DNA of 24,000 nt from Vibrio phage 2.275.O._10N.286.54.E11. The stretch lies in the sequence record MG592671.1. The stretch is one strand, 5' to 3'. The notes under the pieces are model-generated. The model saw only the letters and a list, made by a program, of their open reading frames with translations, searched no databases and was not told the origin of the DNA. Below are positions 16,142 to 24,000 of the stretch, in pieces. Each line of letters begins with the position of its first letter. Position 1 is the stretch's first letter. The translations under genes were made by a program, and so were the position numbers.

Positions 16142-18057
16142 TGGCTTACTGGATAACTCCACCGCAATATATGGGAACGGACGGCTCTGAAGTACCGTTC
16201 CCAGTTGACACAACTAACAGTAAAAAATACCCTGGTGGCAAGCCTATTGGGGAAATTAACTACGGACTGAGCAGCACTTGCTTTGTCACTGCATTTCATG
16301 AAGATGCATATCCTAATGAATATCCTGCATTTCACAACATAGTAGAAATAGACTCTGACGAGAAAAACGCAATTTCCCTGGAGTGGCTAAATTCTAGTGA
16401 TTATGACAGTGCGGATCTTCTTTTTGCTAATGCTACCTCTCCAAACACAACAAGCACTTCAGTCCCGATCACCTATACTACCGACGACAGTGAAGAGTTA
16501 TTAACTGGGTTAATTCTCGGCTCTAACGGTCAAGTGGTTGGGACACTGACTGTGCCAGAAAGTAATAAAATATTATTCTTTAAAGTCCAAACCACTAATA
16601 TTCCAGAATATGCAATCGATCGAACATATTACTCGTATTCATATGTCAAGCATGGTTCAGACGTATACAAATTAAGATCAGGTATATCAACCCCTTATAA
16701 AAGTACCCAACTATATCCTATTCCAGATGTCTGGGAAAACGTAGGTGTGTATTCTGATAATACAGATATTTTAGAACGCACATTTGCCCTAAGTCTTAAC
16801 GCAAAGTCCTCAGGTGATATATCATTTATTACTGAAGAATTTTTAGGTGTGATGAAGCTTGGAGAATACATTGGAGAAGAGTTTAACCTAGAAGTTGATG
16901 CAGTATCAAATACAGGAGAGTCCATCTCTTATAGTATAGATCAATCATACATTGCGCCTCTTGATAAGTTACCTGACCCTATCGATGGATCATATAGATG
17001 TATGCCACCTGGCATTAACCTAACTGCTGATGGCACAATCATTGGAACTCCTGGAAACACAACAACAACAGTCGGTGTTGGTGCTGACGGGTATCCAATA
17101 TATGAAGGTGTTGGTAGTTATAAATTTGTAGTAGCTGCCACTACAACGAAATCTGGAACTGCATACCGAGAATTTGAGCTAGTAATATCTAACGGATTTG
17201 TAAGGAACAACGCTGAAGTATCTCTCGTACCATCACGAATATATGAGAGAGAATGGTTTGATCTAATTTCGTCAGAAGCTTTCTCTGACGTAACTCTGTA
17301 CCGACCAACAGATCCAAGATATGGCATACAAAGATATCCAAAAGTGTTTGTTAAGGGAAATTTATATGGAGATTTAGGAGATGCATTGGTTAAACCACTA
17401 GCTACGCAAAATCCCAGTGATGTTGATAGTTCATGGTATGGAATACGATATAACGATGCTGCCTGGCCAACATCAAGCAACCCTAACACAACAGCTGGAT
17501 ACGATATCACTAACATAAAGCAATACCTGATTCATGCATTTAGTGAAACTAAAGAGATAGATTTAACAGTTAGTAATATCAAATACAAAACAGCCTTAGA
17601 TGTTAACGGACTCCCGTTGTATGATGTAATCTATAAAGAGCTATCTATACCAAATAGAAATACCGAAATTAATTTAGACAGTACTGTCTTGGATCAAGAA
17701 GTGCTTTTTGCAATCAGTGGCCTAAAGGATCAGCTAGATAATATACTACAGTCAAACCCTATAGAACCTTCTGACTCTAGGTATTACCAGGATTCCAACG
17801 AAAGCGGGAATTACACAGATTCCCTGCCTTTATGGATGGTAAATCCTGATCAAACTGTGAATGGTGCAGTTCCTGGGTATTTTGCAGTTATGCCATTGAT
17901 ATACACACAACCAGGCCAAGGCGCTAAGTTTTTCTCAGCTGCATTAGAGCAAAACTTATTAACTAAATTCTTCAACAAGGCTATGACATTTGATAGTATA
18001 GGTATAGATTATACACTTTTCCCTGGTAAACGAACTGACTATGTAACTCTAGGATAA
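16141..18057 (+). CDS. Large putative structural (tail/baseplate) protein with an Ig-like segment
   Basis: 638 aa, with MPPGINLTADGTIIGTPGN resembling the putative-Ig (He_PIG) pattern and a composition typical of virion proteins. Confidence 0.55.
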   Translation: MAYWITPPQYMGTDGSEVPFPVDTTNSKKYPGGKPIGEINYGLSSTCFVTAFHEDAYPNEYPAFHNIVEIDSDEKNAISLEWLNSSDYDSADLLFANATSPNTTSTSVPITYTTDDSEELLTGLILGSNGQVVGTLTVPESNKILFFKVQTTNIPEYAIDRTYYSYSYVKHGSDVYKLRSGISTPYKSTQLYPIPDVWENVGVYSDNTDILERTFALSLNAKSSGDISFITEEFLGVMKLGEYIGEEFNLEVDAVSNTGESISYSIDQSYIAPLDKLPDPIDGSYRCMPPGINLTADGTIIGTPGNTTTTVGVGADGYPIYEGVGSYKFVVAATTTKSGTAYREFELVISNGFVRNNAEVSLVPSRIYEREWFDLISSEAFSDVTLYRPTDPRYGIQRYPKVFVKGNLYGDLGDALVKPLATQNPSDVDSSWYGIRYNDAAWPTSSNPNTTAGYDITNIKQYLIHAFSETKEIDLTVSNIKYKTALDVNGLPLYDVIYKELSIPNRNTEINLDSTVLDQEVLFAISGLKDQLDNILQSNPIEPSDSRYYQDSNESGNYTDSLPLWMVNPDQTVNGAVPGYFAVMPLIYTQPGQGAKFFSAALEQNLLTKFFNKAMTFDSIGIDYTLFPGKRTDYVTLG

Positions 18058-18067
18058 TGTTATAATA
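18058..18067 (+). promoter_or_regulatory. TGTTATAATA extended -10-like motif
   Basis: Exact recurrent motif immediately after the stop at 18057. Confidence 0.5.
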
Positions 18068-18084
18068 CTAGTAAGGAGATTATT

Positions 18085-18423
18085 ATGCACCCATTTTTAA
18101 ATTTAAACGAATTATCTGAGAATCAGTTGTATGACAAAATACACGAATTAACTAATCGGGCGCAAATAGTTCGATCAACGAGCAGTAATGCGCAAGTCAT
18201 ATCACAGATTGAAATGACGCTAGAAAGTGTTTATGCTGAGCTGGAAAATCGCGCATCATCAAAAATGATTGACGCATTAGATGCCACTCCTGTGTGGGAT
18301 ATGGATGAAGCTTTAGGTGATAGTAGAAATAGGATTAAAGATGCTGAGTCAGAAGATAAAAACAATAAAAAGCGACGGTGGCGTCCAGGTCAACGTCAAC
18401 GCCGCAATCGAGGCACTGAATAG
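18085..18423 (+). CDS. Hypothetical protein, 112 aa, basic C-terminus
   Basis: ATG ORF with aaggag RBS. Confidence 0.65.
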   Translation: MHPFLNLNELSENQLYDKIHELTNRAQIVRSTSSNAQVISQIEMTLESVYAELENRASSKMIDALDATPVWDMDEALGDSRNRIKDAESEDKNNKKRRWRPGQRQRRNRGTE

Positions 18424-18856
18424 TGGCGCGTGTATAGACGATATCAATTTAACGTCTGACGAAGAAGAGGAACGATTTAACAAAAATATGGAACTATTTT
18501 TCTTTGATGAAAGAATAGTCAATACTGTGATAGATCACACATCAAGACAAGATAACTGGGCATATCCTCAAGAATATGATGAATTAGATTTAGAGTACTT
18601 TTTAGTGGACAAATGCACTACCATCGAACAGGCAGAGCGCGTTCTTGTAGAGTTAGAACTTTATAAGCGAAAGGGAATGTCTAAGCTTCTTAGATGGTGT
18701 ATCTTTTTCATGGACGTTGTTCGTGAAAAAGACCTGTTTGTTGGTGTTGGGCGTGGGTCGTCAGTTGCAAGTTTTTGTTTATATCTTATCGAAATACATC
18801 TAGTTGATTCAATAAAATACAATCTAGATCCAATAGAATTTTTTAAGGAGCTATAA
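18341..18856 (+). CDS. Small protein with a DNA polymerase III alpha (C-family)-like GVGRGSS motif; exact start uncertain
   Basis: GVGRGSSVASFCLYLIEIHLVDSIKYNLDPIEFFKEL resembles DnaE (GxGRGSxxxSLxxYxLxIxxxDPIxxxLxFERFL). The ORF ends before any catalytic aspartate region. Confidence 0.6.
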   Translation: MLSQKIKTIKSDGGVQVNVNAAIEALNSGACIDDINLTSDEEEERFNKNMELFFFDERIVNTVIDHTSRQDNWAYPQEYDELDLEYFLVDKCTTIEQAERVLVELELYKRKGMSKLLRWCIFFMDVVREKDLFVGVGRGSSVASFCLYLIEIHLVDSIKYNLDPIEFFKEL

Positions 18857-19179
18857 TGGCAGGAAAAAAGCGGGTACACAAAACGTACCGAGGTAAAGTG
18901 GTTGATCTTGATGCGCTAATTATGATGAATGAGCAGCAAGTTGCAGTAGGGAACGCTAACATGAACGCTCGTGGTGATGTGCTAGGTAAGGGTGGTATTG
19001 TTAAGAAATCCGTTGAGGAAATTAATGAAGAATATTACCAACAACAAGTGCGCTCACAAACCCAAATGCATGAATCACCTGCAGTGAACAAACCCAAAGC
19101 TAGCGCTGTAGAGGCAGAAGAGTCAATTGCGCCCACACCGAAGCGTCGTAAAACGACCTCTAAGAAGAAAGGTGATTAG
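18856..19179 (+). CDS. Hypothetical protein, 107 aa, basic termini
   Basis: ATG overlaps the previous stop. Sequence MAGKKRVHKTYRGKVVDLDALI... . Confidence 0.7.
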   Translation: MAGKKRVHKTYRGKVVDLDALIMMNEQQVAVGNANMNARGDVLGKGGIVKKSVEEINEEYYQQQVRSQTQMHESPAVNKPKASAVEAEESIAPTPKRRKTTSKKKGD

Positions 19180-19180
19180 T

Positions 19181-19522
19181 ATGATACAAGCACTTCCAGG
19201 AAAGGTTATGGTGCACAATATGTCAAGAGGCGAGCAGCAAACAACCGGTGGTATTATATTGCGTAATGATGAGGGTAAATCTGAGGGTATCCACAACCGT
19301 TGGGCTCAGGTTTTCTCCGTTGGGGAAGGAGTAACTGATATTAAAGTTGGTGAGTGGATTTTAATTGAACACGGTAGATGGTCAAGAGGAATACAAGTTA
19401 AAAACGAACTACTATACTTGGTTGATTATCCTACAGGTGTGTTGGTTGCATCTGAAGATAAGCCGAATACTGATTCTTATGGAGTGTATCGATCATATAC
19501 TCAGGCGTTACCTAAGGTATAA
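19181..19522 (+). CDS. 31: GroES/gp31-like co-chaperonin
   Basis: MIQALPGKVMVHNMSRGEQQTTGGIILRNDEGKSEGIHNRWAQVFSVGEGVTDIKVGEWILIEHGRWSRGI matches Cpn10 topology including a mobile-loop region. Confidence 0.78.
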   Translation: MIQALPGKVMVHNMSRGEQQTTGGIILRNDEGKSEGIHNRWAQVFSVGEGVTDIKVGEWILIEHGRWSRGIQVKNELLYLVDYPTGVLVASEDKPNTDSYGVYRSYTQALPKV

Positions 19523-19548
19523 GGTTTTGTAATACTTCAAGTAAAATG

Positions 19549-19558
19549 TGTTATAACA
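19549..19558 (+). promoter_or_regulatory. TGTTATAACA, one-mismatch copy of the recurrent motif
   Basis: 62 nt before the 19621 ORF. Confidence 0.45.
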
Positions 19559-19620
19559 AGTTGTAGGCAGTAGCGTTAGTTACTGCCTTGTTTTTAACTA
19601 TTACTTAGAGTACATAAATC

Positions 19621-20424
19621 ATGTCAGAGCAGAAAAAGAAAGGCCATTTCCTTAAAAATATTTTTACAGGGTTGTCAGTTAACGTTCCAATCTTAGGAAC
19701 ATTTTACCTAGTCCATGCTGCTGTTACGTCAGTTGATGTTGCATTGCTTGGTACTGTGTTAGAGTCTGCTGACACTGTGAATGGAGTAAGCGGCGGATTA
19801 CCAGAGTTTATGAACCCTGGTTTCTACATCCCATTTTTGTATAAATTTCCAGGTACCGGTCTAATTGTACTTACGTTGTACCTATACTTTTCAGGTGTTG
19901 TGTTTAACACTTGGTTAGGTAAGAAGTTCCATTCAGTTATCGATAACATTATGGGGCGTTTCCCAGTTCTAGGTACTGCATACGATTTCCTTAAGAAATT
20001 GATGGATCAAGTGAACAGTAAAAAGGACAAAGCTCCTAAAAAGCCAGTTTGGGTTATTGATTACCCAAGTAAAGGGTTTCGTGTTCCAGCGTTTGATATG
20101 GGAGTAAGTACTATCTCATGCGGATACAATGAAGACGGCTCTATCAAAGTTCTTCGTAACATTTATGTGCCAACTTCACCAAACCCAACATCCGGTTTTG
20201 TTATCAATGCAGAACCAGAGTTTGTTGTTGATGCTGATGTTACTGTAGATTCTCATATGGAATACATCCTGTCTTGTGGTATCTCACAGCCAGATGAGCC
20301 AGCATACGTTTCGAAAAAAGAACTTCCAGAAGCAACTGGTGAAATCGTAACTAGTGACGATGTTATCGTTGATCGCACAAAACCAGTGCCTAAAGAAACA
20401 AAAAAGAAACAACCTAAAAAGTAG
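19621..20424 (+). CDS. DUF502-like integral membrane protein
   Basis: Two hydrophobic segments, GRFPVLGTAYDFLKKLMDQV, and VPTSPNPTSGFVINAEPEFVVDADVTVDSHMEYILSCG match the DUF502 pattern. Confidence 0.72.
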   Translation: MSEQKKKGHFLKNIFTGLSVNVPILGTFYLVHAAVTSVDVALLGTVLESADTVNGVSGGLPEFMNPGFYIPFLYKFPGTGLIVLTLYLYFSGVVFNTWLGKKFHSVIDNIMGRFPVLGTAYDFLKKLMDQVNSKKDKAPKKPVWVIDYPSKGFRVPAFDMGVSTISCGYNEDGSIKVLRNIYVPTSPNPTSGFVINAEPEFVVDADVTVDSHMEYILSCGISQPDEPAYVSKKELPEATGEIVTSDDVIVDRTKPVPKETKKKQPKK

Positions 20425-20439
20425 TTTTTAGATAAAATT

Positions 20440-20461
20440 AAAGGTCGCTTCAGCGACCTTT
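20440..20461 (+). terminator. Hairpin terminator aaaggtcgc-ttca-gcgaccttt
   Basis: Perfect stem after the stop, short T-run. Confidence 0.7.
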
Positions 20462-20495
20462 ACATTAACTTTTACACAACAATAGAGTATTTGAT

Positions 20496-20825
20496 ATGTC
20501 TACAGCACAAAAACTTGATCTTAAAGAGATTGATTTAGTACCAACTGATGCAGTTAAGGCGCGTTTAGCGACACTTGATGGCGATGCTGATCAAACATTC
20601 CTACAGCAACTAACGAAAGGTCGAGCTCTACCAATTAAACAACAAACATTCAAAGCTTTGCTTGTGGCAGCAGCTAAATCAGTAGAGTTTGCGCAAAAAG
20701 AAGGCAGTGACCTAGCCAAAGCACGTTCTCAGCAAAACTATGACTACTATTTTGATCAAATCAACATGGAAGACGGTGACGCACTAACCATGTTCATGTA
20801 CAGTCATAATGACTGGGAACTGTAG
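20496..20825 (+). CDS. Hypothetical protein, 109 aa
   Basis: ATG ORF between two terminators. Confidence 0.7.
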   Translation: MSTAQKLDLKEIDLVPTDAVKARLATLDGDADQTFLQQLTKGRALPIKQQTFKALLVAAAKSVEFAQKEGSDLAKARSQQNYDYYFDQINMEDGDALTMFMYSHNDWEL

Positions 20826-20849
20826 ATACTAATTTTTAAAAGCTTGTAT

Positions 20850-20874
20850 AAGCCGCACTAGTGCGGCTTTTTTT
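20850..20874 (+). terminator. Rho-independent terminator aagccgcactagtgcggcttttttt
   Basis: GC-rich hairpin followed by a run of T. Confidence 0.88.
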
Positions 20875-20885
20875 ACGACGGTGTG

Positions 20886-21170
20886 ATGCTAATGATAAAC
20901 ATAGCAAATTTAGATTTAAAGCCTTCTAAAGGAATATTTTTCCAACGAATAGGCGTTGCCTATAATGAGATAACAGCAGAACAATTCAAGTACTGTCTAG
21001 GAGTAGCTTGTGATGTTCTTAGATATTCTCTAAAACGTGGGCAGTCAGCTCATTCTGAGCAATCTGCAAGAATAAAAATACAAGACATGATTCGCCAAAT
21101 AGATTCAGAAAAAGGTGAATATGTTTCACTAATGATGTACCCAACGGAAGAATGGTACTATGAAAAATAA
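20886..21170 (+). CDS. Hypothetical protein
   Basis: ORF; ATG 20886 or 20892 are both possible starts. Confidence 0.55.
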   Translation: MLMINIANLDLKPSKGIFFQRIGVAYNEITAEQFKYCLGVACDVLRYSLKRGQSAHSEQSARIKIQDMIRQIDSEKGEYVSLMMYPTEEWYYEK

Positions 21171-21181
21171 AAGGAAATTCA

Positions 21182-21793
21182 ATGTTTAAGAATACGGATA
21201 TGTTACTTCATGGACTTACTGAAACTCAGCGCATTCTTAAGGATAGAATAGCTGAAATGCAATATTACTACCTGATGCCAGGTACTAAAAAGGACTTAAT
21301 TGCAACCTACGGTTTCACAAAAGAAGCTTCAGACAAATTCACTCGAATTACTAAAGTAGGTTGGAAGTGTTTCACACACGATATTGATGCCCAAAGCACT
21401 AAAACAGATGATCAAATAGAAGTGCCTGTGATGTCAGAGCCACCTCAATTTGGTTGGGCTGTGCCAGTCGATGATGTTCCTGATGAAGTGGTTATTGTGC
21501 TACTCGAAGATGAAGTAGTTAAGTGTCGCTTTATTGAATCAAGATCACGGTCATATGACGAATCCCGATACTCCTTCTTACAGCTAAAAACCGAACCTAC
21601 TAAGGTAGAAAGACAATACAGCTGGAGTAATAGTACGTATTTTACATACGATAGTCCAACATCCCTTACAAAAGAGAAAATAGATGCGTACCTAGCGGAA
21701 TGCACAGTGTATGATTTATTGTTCGCTCGTCAATTCTTTGCTGAATCTATTGTCGTTGGATCGCTATCTGCTTCGGACAGGTGGGGAAGGTAA
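21182..21793 (+). CDS. Hypothetical protein, 203 aa
   Basis: ATG ORF with upstream aaagga. Confidence 0.7.
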   Translation: MFKNTDMLLHGLTETQRILKDRIAEMQYYYLMPGTKKDLIATYGFTKEASDKFTRITKVGWKCFTHDIDAQSTKTDDQIEVPVMSEPPQFGWAVPVDDVPDEVVIVLLEDEVVKCRFIESRSRSYDESRYSFLQLKTEPTKVERQYSWSNSTYFTYDSPTSLTKEKIDAYLAECTVYDLLFARQFFAESIVVGSLSASDRWGR

Positions 21794-21807
21794 CAGCTCA
21801 TAGCAAA

Positions 21808-21817
21808 TGTTATAATA
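21808..21817 (+). promoter_or_regulatory. TGTTATAATA extended -10-like motif
   Basis: Exact recurrent motif, 26 nt before the 21844 ORF. Confidence 0.55.
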
Positions 21818-21843
21818 TATTATAACAAACAAGGAGAACTGTT

Positions 21844-22113
21844 ATGTCCCAAGAAAAAATTGATGATCTAAAGGCAAAGTTGCTGGCACAAGAAGTTAAG
21901 CAAGCGGAAGCTCAAACAGAGAAAGTATCTGTTGAAGCTAAGTTGCTTGAGCAAACAGAGCTTCTAAACGGTAAGACACAAGCTGTGCAAAATGCCAAAG
22001 CAGCGGCTGAACTATATGCATTCATTCGTGAAGAAGCAGATGATGGTGCAGCACGGTTAGCACTGAACCTACTCAAGGACGCGCTAAAAGACGCACGAGT
22101 AAATTACAAATAA
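21844..22113 (+). CDS. Hypothetical coiled-coil protein, 89 aa
   Basis: Heptad-like KAKLLAQEVKQAEAQTEKVSVEAKLLEQTELL; aaggag RBS. Confidence 0.7.
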   Translation: MSQEKIDDLKAKLLAQEVKQAEAQTEKVSVEAKLLEQTELLNGKTQAVQNAKAAAELYAFIREEADDGAARLALNLLKDALKDARVNYK

Positions 22114-22128
22114 GAATAAGGAAGTTAT

Positions 22129-23112
22129 ATGTTTGGTGGAACACCTGCAGACCGCCTCTGGGTGGAGAAGTACAGACCACAGTCAGTTAATGACTATGTA
22201 TTCAAGAATGAAGCTTTAAAACTTAAAGTTCAAGATTGGATTGCAACAGGTAATATCCCTCATATCCTGTTACACGGGCCAGCTGGTACAGGTAAAACAT
22301 CTTTGATCAATGTGCTGATGCATGAAATTGGCACTATCGATGAATCAGATGTAATGGAACTAAACATGTCAGAAGCAGGCATGGATGACATTCGTGAGAA
22401 AGTTCTTCCATTCTGCCAGACAATCTCTTTCGGATCGTACAAGGTTATTATCCTAGAAGAGTTTGAGCAGTGTTCACAAAAAGGACAAGGCTCGATGAAG
22501 CGTATTATGGAAGAGTACAGTGATGTAGCTCGCTTTATTATTACGTCCAATGCACCAAACAAGATACTTCCGCCGATTCGTTCTCGTTGCCAGGAAGTGG
22601 TAATTGAGAAGCACAATCAAGATCAGTTCATCACTCGTATTTTAGAGATACTGATGGCTGAAGGTGTTGATGTTGGTGATGAACAATCTCTAGGTATTGT
22701 TGACAAGTATGTTCGTGCTTGTTGGCCTGACTTCCGTAAGTGTATTAATACAATTCAGTCACAGGTGATCAATGGTCAGCTTATTGAGTTGAATGATGAA
22801 GCTACTGGTTCTGGTAACTATGAACTTCAAATTATTGAAGCACTGAAGACTGGCACACTCACACAAACTCGTAAGAGTATTGTTGAGAATATTACAGACG
22901 ATATGGTAGATGGCTTCTTTAGCTACCTGTATCGTAATGTTGATATTTGGGTACCAACTGGTCTAGCAGCAGACAAGGTTGAAGAAATGTCAATGCGTCT
23001 TATCCTGAAAGTACGTGATGCAATGGTGAACGACACACTTGTTGCAGACAGGGAAATCAACATGTCAGCATGTCTTATTGAGATGCAATTGATACAGTTG
23101 GAATACTTGTAA
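22129..23112 (+). CDS. 44: Sliding clamp loader large subunit (T4 gp44/RFC-like AAA+ ATPase)
   Basis: LWVEKYRPQSVNDYVF, HILLHGPAGTGKTSLIN, ARFIITSNAPNKILPPIRSRCQEV (SRC motif). Confidence 0.92.
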   Translation: MFGGTPADRLWVEKYRPQSVNDYVFKNEALKLKVQDWIATGNIPHILLHGPAGTGKTSLINVLMHEIGTIDESDVMELNMSEAGMDDIREKVLPFCQTISFGSYKVIILEEFEQCSQKGQGSMKRIMEEYSDVARFIITSNAPNKILPPIRSRCQEVVIEKHNQDQFITRILEILMAEGVDVGDEQSLGIVDKYVRACWPDFRKCINTIQSQVINGQLIELNDEATGSGNYELQIIEALKTGTLTQTRKSIVENITDDMVDGFFSYLYRNVDIWVPTGLAADKVEEMSMRLILKVRDAMVNDTLVADREINMSACLIEMQLIQLEYL

Positions 23113-23128
23113 ACTACTCGTTATAATG

Positions 23129-23138
23129 TGTTATAATA
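23129..23138 (+). promoter_or_regulatory. TGTTATAATA extended -10-like motif
   Basis: Exact recurrent motif, 30 nt before ATG 23169. Confidence 0.55.
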
Positions 23139-23168
23139 AAGTACATATAATTAAGTAGGTTCTTTATT

Positions 23169-23393
23169 ATGCGATGCAGATTTCAAGATGTTGTTGATCC
23201 AATAGCTGCTGAGTGTAACTTCTGCTGAGAAGTTACACTATTTGATGTTATCTTTAAGTATAAAGGAACTGAGAATGTGTGGTCCAGAACGGTAACTGTG
23301 TTGCGCGATCGTGATGCAGAATACTATCGACGTGTTTTGCGGCGTGCGGCAACTGACTTCCGCACTGTCATGAATGAAACTAAAGGGTGTTAG
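23169..23393 (+). CDS. Small ORF interrupted by one in-frame TGA (23226-23228); readthrough, split genes or lesion
   Basis: Manual translation: MRCRFQDVVDPIAAECNFC*EVTLFDVIFKYKGTENVWSRTVTVLRDRDAEYYRRVLRRAATDFRTVMNETKGC*. Missing from the supplied ORF track. Confidence 0.4.
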
Positions 23394-23394
23394 T

Positions 23395-23622
23395 ATGTCA
23401 CTAGGCGGTTGCATCACATGTTGGGATGATCCTTGCACGTGTAGGGAGCAATACAAATATCTCACAACAACTGCTCGTGTTAAATTAGCTAAGGCGATTT
23501 TTAGTGCTATGACAGTTGACGAAATCAAGCAAGTTATTCCTGAGCTTGATAGTGCTAATAGCAAGCAGATAGATGAAGCTGATTTTGGATCACTGAACGA
23601 AATTTACCAAAGAGGTCAATAA
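23395..23622 (+). CDS. Small protein with Cys-rich N-terminus (CITCWDDPCTC)
   Basis: ATG 23395 preceded by aaaggg. The listed 23374 start is probably internal to the preceding ORF. Confidence 0.65.
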   Translation: MSLGGCITCWDDPCTCREQYKYLTTTARVKLAKAIFSAMTVDEIKQVIPELDSANSKQIDEADFGSLNEIYQRGQ

Positions 23623-23879
23623 TGTCTAAAGAAAAACGCGGTTATAGTCCAATGTGGTTTCTTAGATTAAAAATTATATTCTTTTGTGTCATTGGCATTA
23701 ACATGTTTATGTCTTGGAAGACTAAATGTTTTGCTGAAGGTGCACGAGCGTGTGTTAATCCAGAATACATTGGTCAGAACTATCTGTGGTCTGCTGGTGG
23801 CGTTGTTATTGCGATGTTAATCATGTTCGTGTACGATTGCTGGACACTAGAATCTAATGATGAAAGCGAGGGTATTTAA
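23622..23879 (+). CDS. Small membrane protein, 85 aa, two predicted TM segments
   Basis: Hydrophobic segments LKIIFFCVIGINMFMSW and LWSAGGVVIAMLIMFVYDCW. ATG overlaps the previous stop. Confidence 0.65.
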   Translation: MSKEKRGYSPMWFLRLKIIFFCVIGINMFMSWKTKCFAEGARACVNPEYIGQNYLWSAGGVVIAMLIMFVYDCWTLESNDESEGI

Positions 23880-24000
23880 TGACTCAAAAAGTAAGATCAA
23901 TGGTATTTGATGTAGACGACACTATGCTCGGATACACAGCAGGTCTTCGTGACTTTGCTAATCAATACTATGGACATCGAATTGAAGGTTTGCCAGAACA
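23879..24000 (+). CDS. HAD-family phosphatase/5'-nucleotidase-like, truncated at window end
   Basis: MTQKVRSMVFDVDDTMLGYTAGLRDFANQYYG contains the HAD motif I DxDxT and is open to the window edge. Confidence 0.65.
   Translation, partial: MTQKVRSMVFDVDDTMLGYTAGLRDFANQYYGHRIEGLPE

Noticed and set aside
17118-17516. 132-aa minus-strand ORF inside the 638-aa structural-like gene
   Set aside because: Fully antisense to a well-supported long ORF, with no RBS or family motif.
19127-19180. N-terminal extension of the co-chaperonin ORF
   Set aside because: Overlaps the previous gene. ATG 19181 gives the GroES-like N-terminus MIQALPGKV.
23217-23260. Selenocysteine insertion at UGA 23226
   Set aside because: The hairpin encloses the UGA rather than forming the longer downstream bacterial SECIS-like element, and nothing in this window suggests Sec machinery. 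Kept only as a generic recoding/split-gene finding.

Overview
The window reads as one compact, entirely plus-strand gene block from a large T4-related myovirus-like phage genome (taxonomy is inference). Recognisable functions are: a possible rIIB-like C-terminus, an rIIA-like GHKL ATPase, a lipoprotein, DHFR, a Dda-like SF1 helicase, a complete two-domain translation initiation factor IF3 immediately followed by ribosomal protein bS21, a ClpS-like N-degron adaptor, a KTSC-domain protein, an Fe/Mn-SOD-like protein, a two-gene type II topoisomerase (gp39+60-like fused, and gp52-like), a Cys-rich GIY-YIG/T5orf172-like putative nuclease, a large putative structural protein, a DnaE-like fragment, a GroES/gp31-like co-chaperonin, a DUF502-like membrane protein, a gp44-like clamp loader, a CxxC-type small protein and the start of an HAD phosphatase. 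The most notable candidate system is the IF3-bS21-ClpS cluster (8524-9805), which suggests phage remodelling of host translation initiation and N-degron proteolysis. Other leads are a small ORF with an in-frame UGA inside a perfect hairpin (23169-23393), a recurrent TGTTATAATA extended -10-like promoter motif, T4-late-like ATAAATA elements, and many strong short-loop hairpins between genes. I saw no CRISPR array, rRNA or convincing tRNA. Minus-strand ORFs look like antisense shadows. All homology calls are from memory of family motifs, not from searches.
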